This document shows, piece after piece, positions 13,483-26,887 of a stretch of DNA of 64,000 bases. The DNA comes from Plasmodiophora brassicae. Taxonomy: Eukaryota. The notes beneath the pieces were generated by a model that searched no databases, was not told the origin of the DNA, and saw only the letters and a list, made by a program, of their open reading frames with translations. Where the stretch lies: NCBI GenBank assembly GCA_036867785.1, contig CP145422.1, positions 1,054,001-1,118,000 on the forward strand, given 5' to 3'. Both the position numbers and the translations under genes were made by a program. The stretch's first letter is position 1; each line of letters starts with the position of its first letter.

Positions 13483-14401
13483 TCAGCTGACCATTTGGCC
13501 TGGCGTCGAACGTCGCCGCGACAATCCTGATGTTCGGGGACGGGCGAGGAACAGGTTTGGAGCCAGACGGTCACGTAGGCTACCAGTTGCTCGGTGGGAA
13601 CGATCCGATGTCCTAAGTGGCGCCACTACAGTACTACGCGGTCTGGCTTTCGGTGGCACGCTCGCTCCGACAGTCGTGAGATGTCGAATGTGAAGGGCGT
13701 CTCGAGAGAGGCTTGCTGAACGGAGCAGGGCCGCGTGCTGGCCGTCGACGGTCGGCTTCGGGCAACCGGCGGCGCGTTTGCTTCTGATCTGGTATTGTCT
13801 TCTGACCGGTGCTTGGTACGGCGACCGAAGCAGGGCAGCAGACTGGACCCTGGCGACCTTCTGCGTCCCGTAATCCACGTCCGGTACCGGGTCGCCATGG
13901 TCGACCAGGTCCCGGAACACGTCGCGAATGCTGTCGCACAGCGTCCGTCCTCGAACGACGTACTCGTCCACCCTCTTCTGCACGAGCAGCGTCGTCGTCG
14001 CACATGGCCGTGGAGCACCGCCTCCCATCCTGATAGCACGAGGACCCGTCAACCTGGATCGCCCCGTGTACACACGATCCGATAAGGCGCACGGTGAACA
14101 CGGCTTCTTGAGGGTCAGGCGCAGCGATTTGCGAAACGCGTCTAGCGAGCCACGTTTGACGTTTTCGCGATGGCGGGCCGATCTCGTCGGTGGTTCGATG
14201 TCTGGGCGGGGGCGCGCAGCTGACGCCCGTTCCTCGGGCCCATCGGTGTCGTAGTGGGTTACGAAGAGCGTCAAGGAAACAAGCCCGGCTTGCCGCCGCC
14301 GGGAGGAAGTGCGGGGATGCCTGTCGGCATGCCAGCAGAATGTCGCTGAACGCGCTCATCGATGAAGCGAGCGTTGCCCCCCCTGGTGCCGTTGTTTTCA
14401 T
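13483..14401 (-). CDS. Hypothetical protein (probably spliced)
   Basis: Long overlapping minus-strand ORFs with splice-like signals; no recognisable domain. Confidence 0.35.
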
Positions 14402-14868
14402 CGGACAGTGGTTCGCTCGAGCAGAGCGGGATCGGGTTCGGCTGCGTCGACGGCGCTCCTTGTTGTATCGAATTTGGACGGACGCTGACACCCGTTCAAC
14501 AGGATACGCTTGAACGATCTGGTTTTGTTGCCGATTCGCCTTTGGACGTCGGAGTCGCACAGGACTCGGGGGGAGAGAGAGGGCATGGGATATCTATCGC
14601 CTTCGTCGACCGTGATCCTGCCAGGTGACTTCGGGTCACAGAGTGGGCCTTCGGGTTCGGGGCGTCGTTGAGTGCGACGCGCAAAAAGATCTGCATGCGG
14701 AGTGGATCCGGTGCGTGTTTTGGCGGTGTGCATCGGCCGACTGGCCGAGTGCGGGATCCTTTTTTGCGGCCGACGCTCGCCAGTTGTTAAGTGTCTGCGT
14801 AGTGCGGGTGCGCACGAACGTGTGGTTATTGTCGCGACTGGCCAGGTGTGGCGCGACACGACACGCGC

Positions 14869-17800
14869 ATGGACAGGCCGCGGCGCCAGGGGCCTTACCG
14901 AGGCGGCGGCGGCGGTCGCGGACGCGGACGATCGCCCCAGAGAATGTCAGCTGAGTCGACGCCGCCAAACGTCATGCTGCCCACTGACGGTCGTTCGAGC
15001 AGGCCGAACGGCGGGTCGGACGCGTCCGGCAAACCGACCGACGGTCAGGGTCACCAGCTGAAGCAGCCCCAACCTGTACGAGGACCAACGAATGCATTCG
15101 CGGGTGACTCGTTCGGGCCCGCGGTCAACCCGCCCAGGACGCGGTCGACACCGCCCACGAACTCCACTTTCGTGCAACCGCGCCAGTTCGTACCCCACAA
15201 GAGCAACGGGCCGCCGATGCCAGTGCACTTCCCGCCAGCTGGCGGCGCGCCTGACAAGCAGGCCCCGGCGAACCAGTACCAGCACGCGTCGATGTATCCC
15301 TTCTACTACGCACCGCCGCAGACGATGTTCATGTACGGCGTCCCACACGGACGAGGCATTGCCCCAGGGCCGTTCCCGTACGGCGCCCCACCGCATCTTC
15401 CCCTGCAACAACCGCCCGCCCCGCAGGTCCCCCCGCCTCGGCGTGTTCGAAAAGCCCTCGCCATTGTGGATCCGGCAACGGGGAAGGAGATCGACCTCGA
15501 GAGCGACGGCCCCGCTGTCACCGCCGCCGAGGCGAAAGCGCCGTCCAAGGTCCCGGATCACGTCCCAGAGGGCAACCATGAATCACCGAACATCGCGGTG
15601 AAGCCGACGAACCGACCGCCGACGACTCGGGTTGCCGGTGTTTCCGACCCTGCGCGATCGCACGTTTCTGCTGAGCCGACCGACGTTGCGTCTCCTGCGA
15701 CGAGGCCCAGGTCGGCTGACCCGTCGCAGACGAGCTCATGTCGGTCGCCGTCCACTGGCAAGACGGTCACCATATCGAACGCTCCGGCTGCTGTCATTCC
15801 TGCTAAAGAGCAAGCGGGCCACCTTAGCTCCCGGTTGGCACCATCGTCACCCGAACGGCAACGCTCAGCATCGCCGGCGCCGTCTGCGCCCAGAAGCCCA
15901 TCGCGCTCTCCTGCGCCATCAGCGTCGTCAACGGCCGATCGCGCCCGATCCATCTCGCCTGTTTCCGTCCGAAATTCGAACACGGACGGCGAACGTTCTC
16001 GATCACCTTCGAAATCGCCCGTTTCTGCAGCGTCATCGCAACGGACGGCCCTGACCGTCAACACCCAGCTGTCGGCGGCACCGACATCGCCCCGACGATA
16101 CTCGGTTAAGGAGATGCTGAGCCTGCAGCCCACGTCTGATGTCAAGCTGCCGGAGGGGCTGTCTCTTTCGAGCCCCTGCCTCAAGAGCAACCCGATAACG
16201 CCCATGTCGGGCCCGTCGTCGTCACGCCATGCGCAGTCGTCTCGCTTCGAAAGCAGACGCTCCTCCCGCCACAGCTCGACTGGCAGCGGCGCGTTCCGTC
16301 CCGTCGATGCAGGGCGCCGATCGACGTCGGAACGATTCGATGACCGCCGGTACTCGAACGGGTCGAATCGCAGCGGCCGTCGAGGTTCGCATCGATCGGC
16401 GAGTCAACGATTCGAGATCGCCCGAGACGAGCCTCACGTCGAACCTCTCGCCAGGACCGAGAACCGGTGGAATCCGAAGCAGAAGCCGTCGGATGAGTTC
16501 GAGGCCGTCAAGCGGCAGCTGAAGAGCATGCTGAACAAGTTGACGCTGGACAAGTTCGACACGTTGAGCACGAAGATTATCGATTTGGTCAAGGACAAGG
16601 TGTCGTCTGCGGACCAGCTGCGAGACGTCGTTGAGTTGATCTTCGACAAGGCCCTGTCCGAGTCCACGTTCGTCAAGATGTACTCCAGTCTCTGTGTCGC
16701 GATCTCCAACGCGATCCCGACGTTCAACGACGACCAGCAGCAAGATCAGAGCTTCAAGCGGATCTTGCTGAACCAGTGCCAGCGTGAGTTCGAACGGGGC
16801 ACATCCCTGAAAACCGTCGAGGCCGACGAATGCGACCCTGCTCTACTTGCGCAGGCCGCGATCCGACGAAAGCAACGTTTCCTGGGCAACGTGCGCTTCA
16901 TTGGCGAGCTCTTCAAGGACAGCATGCTGGCCGAGCGCATCATGCACACGTGCATAACACACTTCCTGCAAGAGGTTGTTGAGCCCCTGGAGGAGGACAT
17001 CGAGGCGCTCTGCAAGCTGCTCTCGACGATCGGGACCAAGATTGATCACGCTGCGGCAAAGCGACACATGGTACGGCACACTGCACCCCTCGGTACCGCC
17101 GGCGCTTTCTCAGTTGGGTCGCAGGATGTCTACTTCAACCGCATGTTAAGTATGACCCGGAACCCCGCCCTGTCCCCTCGAGCGCGTTTCATGATCCTGG
17201 ACGTGGTTGATATGCGACGCAACCGCTGGAAGCCCCGGCGCCAGCAGATGGAAGCCAAGCCGCTGGACGAGTTCAGGGAGGAGATGGAGAAGGAAGCGGC
17301 CGAGAAGGAACGAGTAAGCAACTCTAAGCGGTCCAACGGTTCCCCCCGTCTGATATGCCGTGCAGAGCTCGCGAATGGCCCGGTCCTCGTCGTCCCGATT
17401 CGACGGTTTCGCCAATCGCGGAGTGTCGCCTCGTGTCAAGCTGAACCGTCAGGTGCGCCGGCGATATGTCGTTTGCTCACACCTTGCACTGACGCGCACC
17501 GGTCATCCGTAGGCGACGAGCGGGCCGGAACGCTCCTCCCACTCTCGTGGCGGCTCCGAATCGTTCGACATGCGCCGCACGAACAGTTTCAGCGATCGCA
17601 AAGCCGTTACGCCGGCGGTGGCGAAGCAGTCGCCTGCAGCCGAAGGGTCACAGCAGGTGCGCATAGAGATGTCGGTCCATTATATTATCGAGGCGGGGTT
17701 AACTGAGATGTGCGTTTCTCCAGCACCATCCCAAACCTGTTGTTAACGCTCGCACTGTAACCGCCCCCGTCAGTTCGGCCCCGCAACCGAAGAAGACCCC

Positions 17801-19285
17801 CAGTCAGAAGGACAAGGTCCGTTGGCCGTCGATCCTGTTTGCCGTCAGCCATCTCACATGGGGTGCTTAGTTGAAATCGTTCCTGGACGAGGTTGACTCG
17901 TTGATTCGCGACTTCCTGAAGAACCCCGGCGGGTACGACGACATCCAGTCCGCGCTCGCGTCCATGTCTGACTGGGACACTGCGCTTCGGAACAAACATC
18001 TTGCCAGCAAGGTACGTCCGCTGGGCGCGCCCGCACACCACCATTACCATTGTGACACGTGTCCGCTCCCTGCAGACGGTCGGCATCAGCATTGAACAGG
18101 GCGAGACGGAGCGTACCAACGCGTCCAGCCTGCTCGCATTCCTCCACGAGTCGCGGGTACTGCACCAACAGGACATCGTCAGCGCGTTTCGCGAGAACGT
18201 TGAGTTCCTGACGGACATCATTTGCGACGTCCCGTTTGCGGCCGAGTACTTCGGGACGATGTATGGCGACTTGATCGCGAAGGTCCGTGTATTCGACACA
18301 ACCGTCGTCGTACCCGGGGGGCCGTCAGCTGACCGTTTGCTCGATCGGTGACAGGAGGTCGTCCCGTTGGAGTCCGTGTTCGAGCTCGTCTTTAGCGACC
18401 AGGTCCAAGCGGGGTCATTTGGCGAATTCGTTAAGCACATCCTGTATCAGCTCGCCGAGGTTAAGGTTCGTCGTGGCGCCCACCTATATGTCAACGCCAT
18501 TGCCGGGTGGACTGACGTCGCGTCCCTGCCCAGGGCCACGAATCCTGCCTCGAGATGCTGCGAGGGAGCCAATTCGATCTCCACGTGTTCGCGCGGCACC
18601 CGTTCGGCCCCGACATGGGCAGGTACATCGATGACAACGTAAGCGCGCGCGCCCGTTCCCGACGGGTTCAGGCGAGGGTCTGACGACTGGGCGCGCACAG
18701 TCGTTGAACGAAATGTTTCCCGAGCTATCGCTGCGAGACGACCTGCTGGGGCTCCTGTCGTCGGGGGCGTCCCCGTCGAAGCTGTCGTTCTGGATCTCGA
18801 ACAACGTCGAACGCAATGCTCACCGATCCGCATCCGTCGCCGTACGGGCGGTCCTGGAGCACATTGTTGGCGCGTCCACCTACCCGGACCTGCGCGTCAA
18901 CACCAAGGCGCACAGCAGGCCGTCGGCAACGCAACTGGCTGCCGAGGCACAGCTGCTGCAGCAGTTGTCCCCGGCGCTGGGCCAGCTGGCCGCCTCCCTC
19001 TGGCATCCGGACTGTCTGCTCACCGAGGTCCACAAGCTCTGCTACTCGCTGGGGTTCCCCGACGGTAACACACCCATCCACCGAGTCCGGGTCGCACCGC
19101 CGTTTCTAACGCCTGACGCCCTAGGGCTCGCGCTGCGCCTCTTCCGATCGCTGTCGGACACGGTGCCGCCGTCGGCGTTCCAGTCCTGGAGGAAACAGGC
19201 GCCCGCCTACCTGCAGAAGGCCAAGACGCTGGAGTCGGTCGGGCCGTGGATCGAGCAGATGTCTGGCGACCAGCACGGTAGTTAA
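14869..19285 (+). CDS. EIF4G: Eukaryotic translation initiation factor 4G (MIF4G + MA3-like domains), multi-exon
   Basis: eIF4E-binding YxxxxL-phi-like motif RRYSVKEMLSL (~16093-16125); MIF4G LKSMLNKLTLDKF, IFDKALSE, LLNQCQREFE, LGNVRFIGELFK, IEALCKLLSTIG; DIICDVPFAAEY. Confidence 0.93.
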
Positions 19286-19448
19286 TCTATATTGTAATAT
19301 ACATACAGGACGTGTCCCGTCGAACGTGTGTGGCTGTCTGCGCCTCTCTATCTCGTTCGGATCGTCCTCTCGCCGCGCTCCGTCACCCGATCGGGCTGCT
19401 GCGGCAGACGTTGTTTCGTGACCGGTCGTCACCAGCGCCCCCTTCCCC

Positions 19449-20614
19449 ATGACAATGATCGGCGTCGAGTCGAGGTCGCTGCTGCCGTCGTCGTCGCCGT
19501 GCGGTCATGGCCCGCCGCCGGCCGGCCAGGATTCGCAGGCGGGCCGGACGCTGGCGCGCCTGGCGATCGGGACCTGCGCCGTGTCGCTGCTGATGGTGAT
19601 GACCGGGGCCGTCACCGACCAGGCCGTCCTGCTGACGGAAGGCATCCACAACGTCGCCGACGCCGTCGCCTACGTCGTCGCCTGGAACATCCACCGGCTG
19701 TCGCGGGGCGGCGCCCCTGACCACGACGTGCGTAGGGTCGCCCCCCTCCCGTTCTGCCAGCGACGACTGACGCCCTGCAGACGTACCCGTTCGGATACGG
19801 CCGGCTGACCGTGCTGGGCGGGTTCTTCAGCGGGTGTTTCCTGGCCGCCGCCGTCCTGTTCACCGCCCTGGACATTGTCGACGCGGTCGCCGAGCTGACC
19901 CTGGGCGACGACCGCGCCGGCCCCGCCCTGGACACGAGCGTCCGCGCCTGGACCGTCGCGGTCGGCGCCCTCGAGCTCCTCTTCAACGCGTCCGTCCTGG
20001 CCGCCCATTCCAGCGCGCACGCGCACGCGCACGACGACGACGACCCCAACACGAAAGGTGGGTGGGGCGCGGCACACGTCCACCGTTAGGCGACGCTCTG
20101 ACCCAGCGCGTCTCGCACAGGCGCCCTGTTGCACGCCCTGGCCGACCTGTCCACGGCGACGGTCGCGGTCGCGTCGACGCTGGCGGGCCTGGTGCTGTCC
20201 TCCAGGCGGGCGGCGGCCCTCGTCAACGTCGCCGCCTGCCTGCTGATCGCGATCGTCATGCTGGCGACGGCCGCCAAGCTCGTCCGGGACAACGGCCGCG
20301 TGCTGATGCAGGCCGCCCCGGCCGGCGTCGACATGGGCGCCCTGCGCGCCGACGTCGCCCGCGTCGTCGGCGTCGACGAGGTCGCCCGCGTACGCGTCTG
20401 GCAGGTGGGCGACCCGCACGACCTCGTCGCCGACCTCGTCGTCCGGGCGGCCGGGTCGCAGGACGCCACCGACGCCATCCGCGCCGTCTGCCGGAAGCAC
20501 GGCATCGTCGACGTCGTCGTCGAGTGCAACCCGGGCGCCGGCTGCACGACGGCCACGTCGTCGTCGTCGTCGACCACCGGCCAGCAGCACCACCACCACC
20601 ACCAGCACACGTAA
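19449..20614 (+). CDS. Cation diffusion facilitator (ZnT/SLC30-like) metal transporter
   Basis: EGIHNVAD, YPFGYGR, His-rich loop HSSAHAHAHDDDD, LHALAD, C-terminal cytosolic domain and His tail. Confidence 0.85.
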
Positions 20615-20626
20615 TCGAAGCGCGAT

Positions 20627-21678
20627 CTATTCATCGCGGATCAGGTCGGCCAGGCGGCGCATGGCCAGGTCCATGTCGGCGGGCGACGCCGTCGAGTAGG
20701 ACGCGCGCAGGTGGGCGGACGGGCGGTCGGCGGCGGCGCTGAACGCCTGCCCGGGGACGAACAGGACCTTGGCGGACAGGGCCTTGCGTTCGATCAGGTC
20801 GCGCGTGTCGTCGATGCCGTCGCGGCGGACGCGGATCCAGAGGAACATGCCGGCCTGGGGCGCGCTCCAGTCGGCCAGGCCGGCCAGGTGCCGGTCGGCG
20901 GCGGCCAGCAGGGCGTCCCGTTGCGACGTGTAGAAGCGGGCGCAGCGCGCCAGGTGCGCCCGGAACCCGGCCAGGCCCCAGTGGTCGAACAGGGCGGCGA
21001 CGAGCGCCTGGCTCAGCCCGGACGTGTGCAGGTTCGACGCCTGCGTGTGCAGGTTCATGCGCTCAATGCTGTGCGGAATCGTCAGCGGGGTCGTCGGCCG
21101 GCTACCCGCCCCAGTCCGACCGACGTACAGCGGCGATGGGCCGGTGGCGAACCCGACCCGCAGGCCGGAGCTGAGCACCTTGGAGAACGAGTCGAACCGG
21201 ATGACGCGATTGGACCGGTCTGCGGCCCGCTCCGGGTCAGGGACGAACCTGGGTTCGAGCGCACACACGCACCTAGCGACAGCAACGACGGCAGCGCGTC
21301 CTGGTCCGGGTGCAGGAAGTAGTACGGGTCGTCCTATTACGCGAGGTGTGGGGGGTCGTGGGGCGACGCGCGCGCGCGCGGGCGGCGTTTACCTCGAGGA
21401 TGATCAGGTCGTGCGCCTCGGCAACGTCGTACAGGGCGTGGCGGCGGGCGACCCTGACACACACACACACGGCCCAGGGTGAGCGACTCGGGCCCCTCCC
21501 CCGGCACGACGAGCGCGCGCCCGGTTACGAGAGCGTGGCGCCGGTCGGGTTCGACGCGGTCGGGTTCGTGTACAGAACGCCCGGTTTCGGGCGTGGCCCG
21601 GCCCAGGACGACAGCTGGCGGTCCAGGTCGTCGGGGTCGACCCCGGCGGGGTCCGTCCGCACGCCGGCCCCGAATCAG

Positions 21679-21717
<39 letters not shown>

Positions 21718-22266
21718 GGGCACGACGCGAAGGCGGCGGCGCACGCACCGACGATCTGGCAGCCGTACGGGCGAAGGAAGGCCAGCACGCCGCTGTAGCA
21801 CGGGTCGTCGACGAGGATGGCCCCGGTGGGCTCGACGAGCATCTCGACGGCCTTGCTGAAGGCCTCCTGGCTGCCGCCCGTGACGCAGATCGACCTGGCG
21901 GCGCCGTCGTCGGCGTCGACGGCGACGCCGTGCCGGTCGGCCTGCAGGCGTCGCAGCCAGCCGAGCAGGGACGGCAGGCCCGGCGTCGCCGAGTACTGCA
22001 GCGCGTCGGCGACCTGGCCCGGCGACAGGTCCAGCGTCGTATCGGCGAGGCGCACGGAGACGCCCGTGAACGGGAACAGGGACGCGTTCGGCAGGCCGCC
22101 GCCCAGCGAGATCATGCCCGGCTCGCTCATGTAGGGCATCAACCTGCGCCGAATCGCCAATCAGCAATCGGGGCAGAGCGCGCGCGCGCCACCGCGAAAC
22201 GCACCGCCGGATCGCACTCGGTTGCCGCTGGCGCGACACCCGCGTCAGGCGCTTGGCGTAGTCCAT
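20627..22266 (-). CDS. AADAT: Kynurenine/alpha-aminoadipate aminotransferase (class I PLP enzyme), multi-exon
   Basis: RQPSAIR, MISLGGGLPNASLFPF, ALQYSATPG, GGSQEA, NPTG, RFDSFSKVLSSGLRVGF, AGMFLW, RASYS. Confidence 0.92.
21680..21715. repeat. Poly-G homopolymer (~36 nt) inside an AADAT intron
   Basis: Directly visible G run. Confidence 0.95.
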
Positions 22267-22517
22267 GGGGGCGGGCGTGCACACACAACGGCCTGCGCGT
22301 CCTCCGAGATGATGCTGTGTGGTGCGCGGCTTAGACTCTGCCAACCCGTCGTCGTTGCCAATGGACCGAAAACGAACAACGCTGAAGGGCTCGGCGCGGC
22401 CCCTGGACCGCCTTCGTGACGCCGCCGCCGGGTAAAACATCAAACCTCGTGCGGCGTCGCTGTCGGGTCATCGACCACGTGTCGCGAAGCCGGTTTGCGT
22501 CTGTAGCTGACGTATTA

Positions 22518-24459
22518 TTATATGGCGAACCGGACGACGGGCCTGTCGAACGAGATGTCGAACTCGAAGACGCGGTCCTCCCGATGGACGATCCGGTCGT
22601 TCTCGATGCGTTCCGGCGTCAGGCGCTTCTGCACGTCGACGACGGTGGTGTAGCCGCGCTCGGAGAACAGGTCTGCCGCAAGCAATCGTTGGGATCCGAA
22701 CGCGAGCCGACGCCGACGCCCCTACCTAGGCAAATGTCCAGGGCAAGCGGCTCGCGGAAGATCTCGTTCTCGGTCCGGATAATGGCGCGCCCCAGCAAGG
22801 CCTGGCGCCTCAGGATCTGGACGAACTCCTCCTCCATCACGTTGATGACACGGGAAAACAGGTCGTTGTGGGCCGTCACATACGTTTCCAGCCTGCACAC
22901 GCCCGCCCATTACAGGTTGCACGGTCACCAGGTCAACGCAGACGCCGCCGACCGTTGTACGAGCAGATGCCTGGCGTTCTGCGTCAACTCCTTGGGCAGC
23001 GGGATGCGGCGAACCAGGTCGAACGCATCGTTGGACAGCTCCATCTTGCTCTGGTACTCCAGCTCCTGGCGGATGCGCTCCTGGACCTGCTCAACGGTAC
23101 CGACAGCATCCACGAAATGGAAGCTAGACACGAGGACCGGTCAGCACCGGCGACCATCGACGGGCAACGCCCCCGGACGTAACTGGAACTTGTTCTTGAC
23201 CGACTGCAGCGAGTCGTATACGTGTTCCTTGAACTCCTGGTATCGTCGCCTGGCGAGCTCGGGGTCCATGTCTACACGGGCATCCAGGCGATGAGACAAC
23301 GACAGGCGGGCGCAGCAGATGGCGCGGGACGACCGGTCTTGCGGATCTCTATCGGCGTGCCGATACCCGTCTGCTTGAACAGGCGATTATGCGCCTCGAC
23401 GTACTTGCCGCGTTTCAGCTGCCGCTCGACGCTGATGTCCTCTTCGACAAAGAGCACCATGATGTGGAAGATCGGGCGCGGGAACTTGGCCGCATGGGGC
23501 GTGGTTTCGTACGTGGTGCGAAGTTCCTGCCCACGCCCCAGTCAGATCACCGCATCGGATCGAGAAGCCGGCGACCGACCCGCATCTTGTCGAACAGGAG
23601 CTTCATGCACTCGCCCTGGATCCGCGTCCTCGGGAACCCATCCACAATGCATCCGGAGGAGTACTGCGGTTGGAGCAGGCGCTCGAACAGCAACTGGACG
23701 ACGACCCGGTCCGAAACCAGCTTGCCGCTCGACTTGATCTCCTGCCCCGATCGCACCGGTTGAGCAGCAGTCGGGGGCGCGCGCGCGCGTTCCACAGCGC
23801 TACCGTACGTCTATCTCGGGTCCATTGAGCAGGTCGCTGATGACGATCGGCTCGGCTGTGATGCCACGAAGCTGCCCGATATACTTGCAGATCAGGGATT
23901 TCCCCGCCCCGGGCGCTCTGAACGCGAACATCACTCAAGCATTACTTCCGGCTGCTGCTCCCGCCTGCGCAGGTCGTGTACGTACCCTGCCAGCCACATG
24001 ATGTCCTTCGGAAACGCCTACACGCGGCACAGCGCATGAGGAGAGCAGGCCAAACGGGGATGTGGTACGGATCAGCGACTCACCAGGTTCTCCTGTGTAT
24101 ACTTCGCAGTGAGGTTGTTCCTACGCGCACAACCATTCGTTGTCATCTCGGGGCGTCGCCACGTCTGCCCACGCCGTCGCATACCATACGATCCCGAAGA
24201 TCAGCTGGGCGTCCTTGATTTCCCCGGCCTGCGTCTCAGGGACGCCCAGGTCCCCATCGGCGACGTCGTCGTCCGGGCAGGGCGCGTCCCCGTTGCCGCC
24301 GCCGCTGCAGAACGGCCGCACGCCGGCGGCGCGACACCGCGCTCGCGCAAGTGGCGTCGCCCGCCGACAGACGCCACGTCGACCCGCGTCCCGACAAGGC
24401 CGCAGCGCCCTCACGACCGCCGCCGCCGCCGCCCACGGTGCGACGCGTCGCGTTGCCAT
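22518..24459 (-). CDS. Adenylate kinase (long form), probable mitochondrial presequence, multi-exon
   Basis: EIKDAQLIF, FPKDIMWL, P-loop GAPGAGK, GKLVSD, IVDGFPRT, VERQLKRG; Arg/Ala-rich N-terminus. Confidence 0.88.
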
Positions 24460-24828
24460 CCGCCAGATCACGACCTCGTGCCGACAGCTGCTGCGGCGGC
24501 CCCACGCGCGCGCGCGCAGCCAACCAAAACGCGACACTGGCGAACTGCACGCGCACAGCCCGACCCACACTGGACGTCCGTCGGGCGGGCCGGCAGCGGC
24601 CCATCGCTCGGCACGGTGCTGTATTCATCGGGTCGGTTTCTGCGTGCAGCGCCCGGTCCGAGGGGGGTTCGGCCCGGCATGCCGCGCCTGGTGCGTTCGT
24701 CACGTGCACGGGTCGCGCGGCGTCACGTGCGCCACTAATGTACCTACCCGGGGTCGACCGGGAGGTACGCCCATGGGGGGCATGCGCAGACCCGGCCGGC
24801 CGTCATACCGCCATTGTCGTAAGTGGCC

Positions 24829-25946
24829 ATGCTGCCGCCGGACGAGGATGGGATTTCGTATGCGCCGCCCTGGCTGACCTGGTGGGGGAACATCCAGAGC
24901 GCTGTTGTCATGGGCGCCATCGTGGTTTACGTCTGGGGTTACTATTCGCATGCGCCGCGCTCCAAGTTCGGCCGGGTCGTCTCCACCCTCAACGTCACGT
25001 TTGCCGCCGTCACGCTCGTCGAGCGCCTCTTCATCTTCTTCTGGAACGATGCCTGCGCCTTTTTCTTCTTCGAGACCGCCTACTTCGTAAGGCAGACCGG
25101 CGATTCACGTCGCCCGCCCTAACGAATCTGCGGCACAGGCCTGCGAGTACAACTTGTTCCATTACCGGACGGCCATCTTCTATCAGCAGAACGTCACCGT
25201 GTACAAGTGGCTGGTCCGCATCTGCCAGTTCATCAACCTGGCCATGTTCTACCACAACCTGGTGTTCGCGATCCTCGGGTACGCGGCACCGTCAACGCCA
25301 TTGGCTAGGACCTATCAAATGACACCGAGGCACACTGCAGTGGGCGGTTCTACTTCATTTACATGACATGCATCGGCGACGTGCTGTATGGCCTGCCGCG
25401 GCACCCATCCCTATCCCCTTGCGCCCTGATACGTCCCGCAGGCTGAACACGCAGGCGACGGCGGTGCCCGTGGCGGTCGTGTCCGTGTCCACGATCCTGC
25501 TGGCATTCTACACGATCGGCAAGTACTGGCGTCAGAGCGGCGACACGGCGCGCCGCTCGATGCGCATCCTCTGGCTGGTCCTGCTCAACTCGGTCTACAA
25601 CTTCGCCTCGGCGATGCTGAATGGCACCCCGGTCAACGCCTCGTACGGGCAGCAGTTGACATCGTACTGGCTGACCGTCCTCAACAAGGTCCCCCATGAC
25701 GAGTCCGCTACGAACCCGCTGACGGGCCAACATGCATGCGTATAGGTCATCTCGCTGATCCTGGCCGTCATGGTCCACCGTCGCGTCCGTGAACGGGAGA
25801 CGAACAAGGCGTTCTCGAAGCAGCAGCAGGCACCGGCGAGCTCGGTGACGCCGAACCGCAAGACCAACAGCGCGGCCGCCTCCGTCTCGCATGGCCCCGC
25901 CAAGACGTCGACGCCGCTGGTCGGCGGCGCCACATCTGGGCAGTGA
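24829..25946 (+). CDS. Multi-pass (possibly 7TM, GPCR-like) membrane protein
   Basis: About 7 hydrophobic segments over 4-5 exons followed by a Ser/Thr-rich cytosolic tail. Confidence 0.55.
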
Positions 25947-26086
25947 AACGGCGCCCGCACGGCTTCGCCTGGCCCACCACCTCCACACCAATGCACCTTT
26001 CCTGTGCCTCTCCACGTTCAAGCTCTTTCCCTATAAAGAGCTGGCGGTTCTGTGTACGATACGATACTACGAATGTAGTACGCACG

Positions 26087-26682
26087 ATGGTGGCGGTCGG
26101 TAGCCGGCAACGGGGCCCGTGTCGCAGTGGCCGCCGCGCTGGCAAGGTCGGCGCAGTTGCGTGCGTCGTCGACGACAGATGGTGGAGGTCGGCGTCGGGC
26201 TATCGGCGGACCAGGCGGCCGTCTGCGCGGCCACGCTCAACATGGCGATCGTGAAGCAGCGGGCGGCGCGCATCGTCCGGGCGCAACTGCAGCTGGAGAA
26301 GCGGCGCGCCGCCGATGACCGGGCGGCGCCGGTGCGCCCGTTCGGGTCGGCGTGTCATCAGGGTCCCACCGAGGCGCCCGTCGACGTCGTGCCTTGCGCC
26401 AGATGCAGCAAGGCGAGCGTGTCCGTCCCTGCGGACAGCAGCGAAGACACGGTCCGTGCCGCGCTCTGCAATGTACGTTCCCATTGGCCCGCGCGATTGC
26501 ATCACCGCCGTCGTCCAACCATTGTCGTGTGCGCCCAGAAATGTACCGACCACATGCAGCGCGAGGCGAACCGCGTCAAGCGGATGGTGCGGCCGCAATT
26601 CAGGCCGAACGCGCAGCAGGTGCTGAGCCGGATCACGCCTGAAGAACTCGAACTGCTCGAGCGGGAGATGAACCCATGGTAG
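26087..26682 (+). CDS. Hypothetical protein
   Basis: Coding-like ORF with CxxC motifs, ending ITPEELELLEREMNPW. Confidence 0.5.
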
Positions 26683-26887
26683 GCGTTTCGGAATCTATAT
26701 TATATACGAAGTACGCGGGACCGGGCCTGGGCATGGGACAACGAACGATGAGGGGTCGAGGCAGGCCGGCAGCGCGTATGGATGGTCGTTTCGACGGCGC
26801 GCGCCGTCTACTTCAGTCCCCGCGCGTCTTGTTGCGGGCGAGATCGGCGCGGGCGTACTAAGCGAATCAGCTGGGTTACGTGTGCGG

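Noticed and set aside
21675-21720. Poly-Pro / poly-Gly stretches in the ORF translations
   Set aside because: Translation of the intronic poly-G, not protein.
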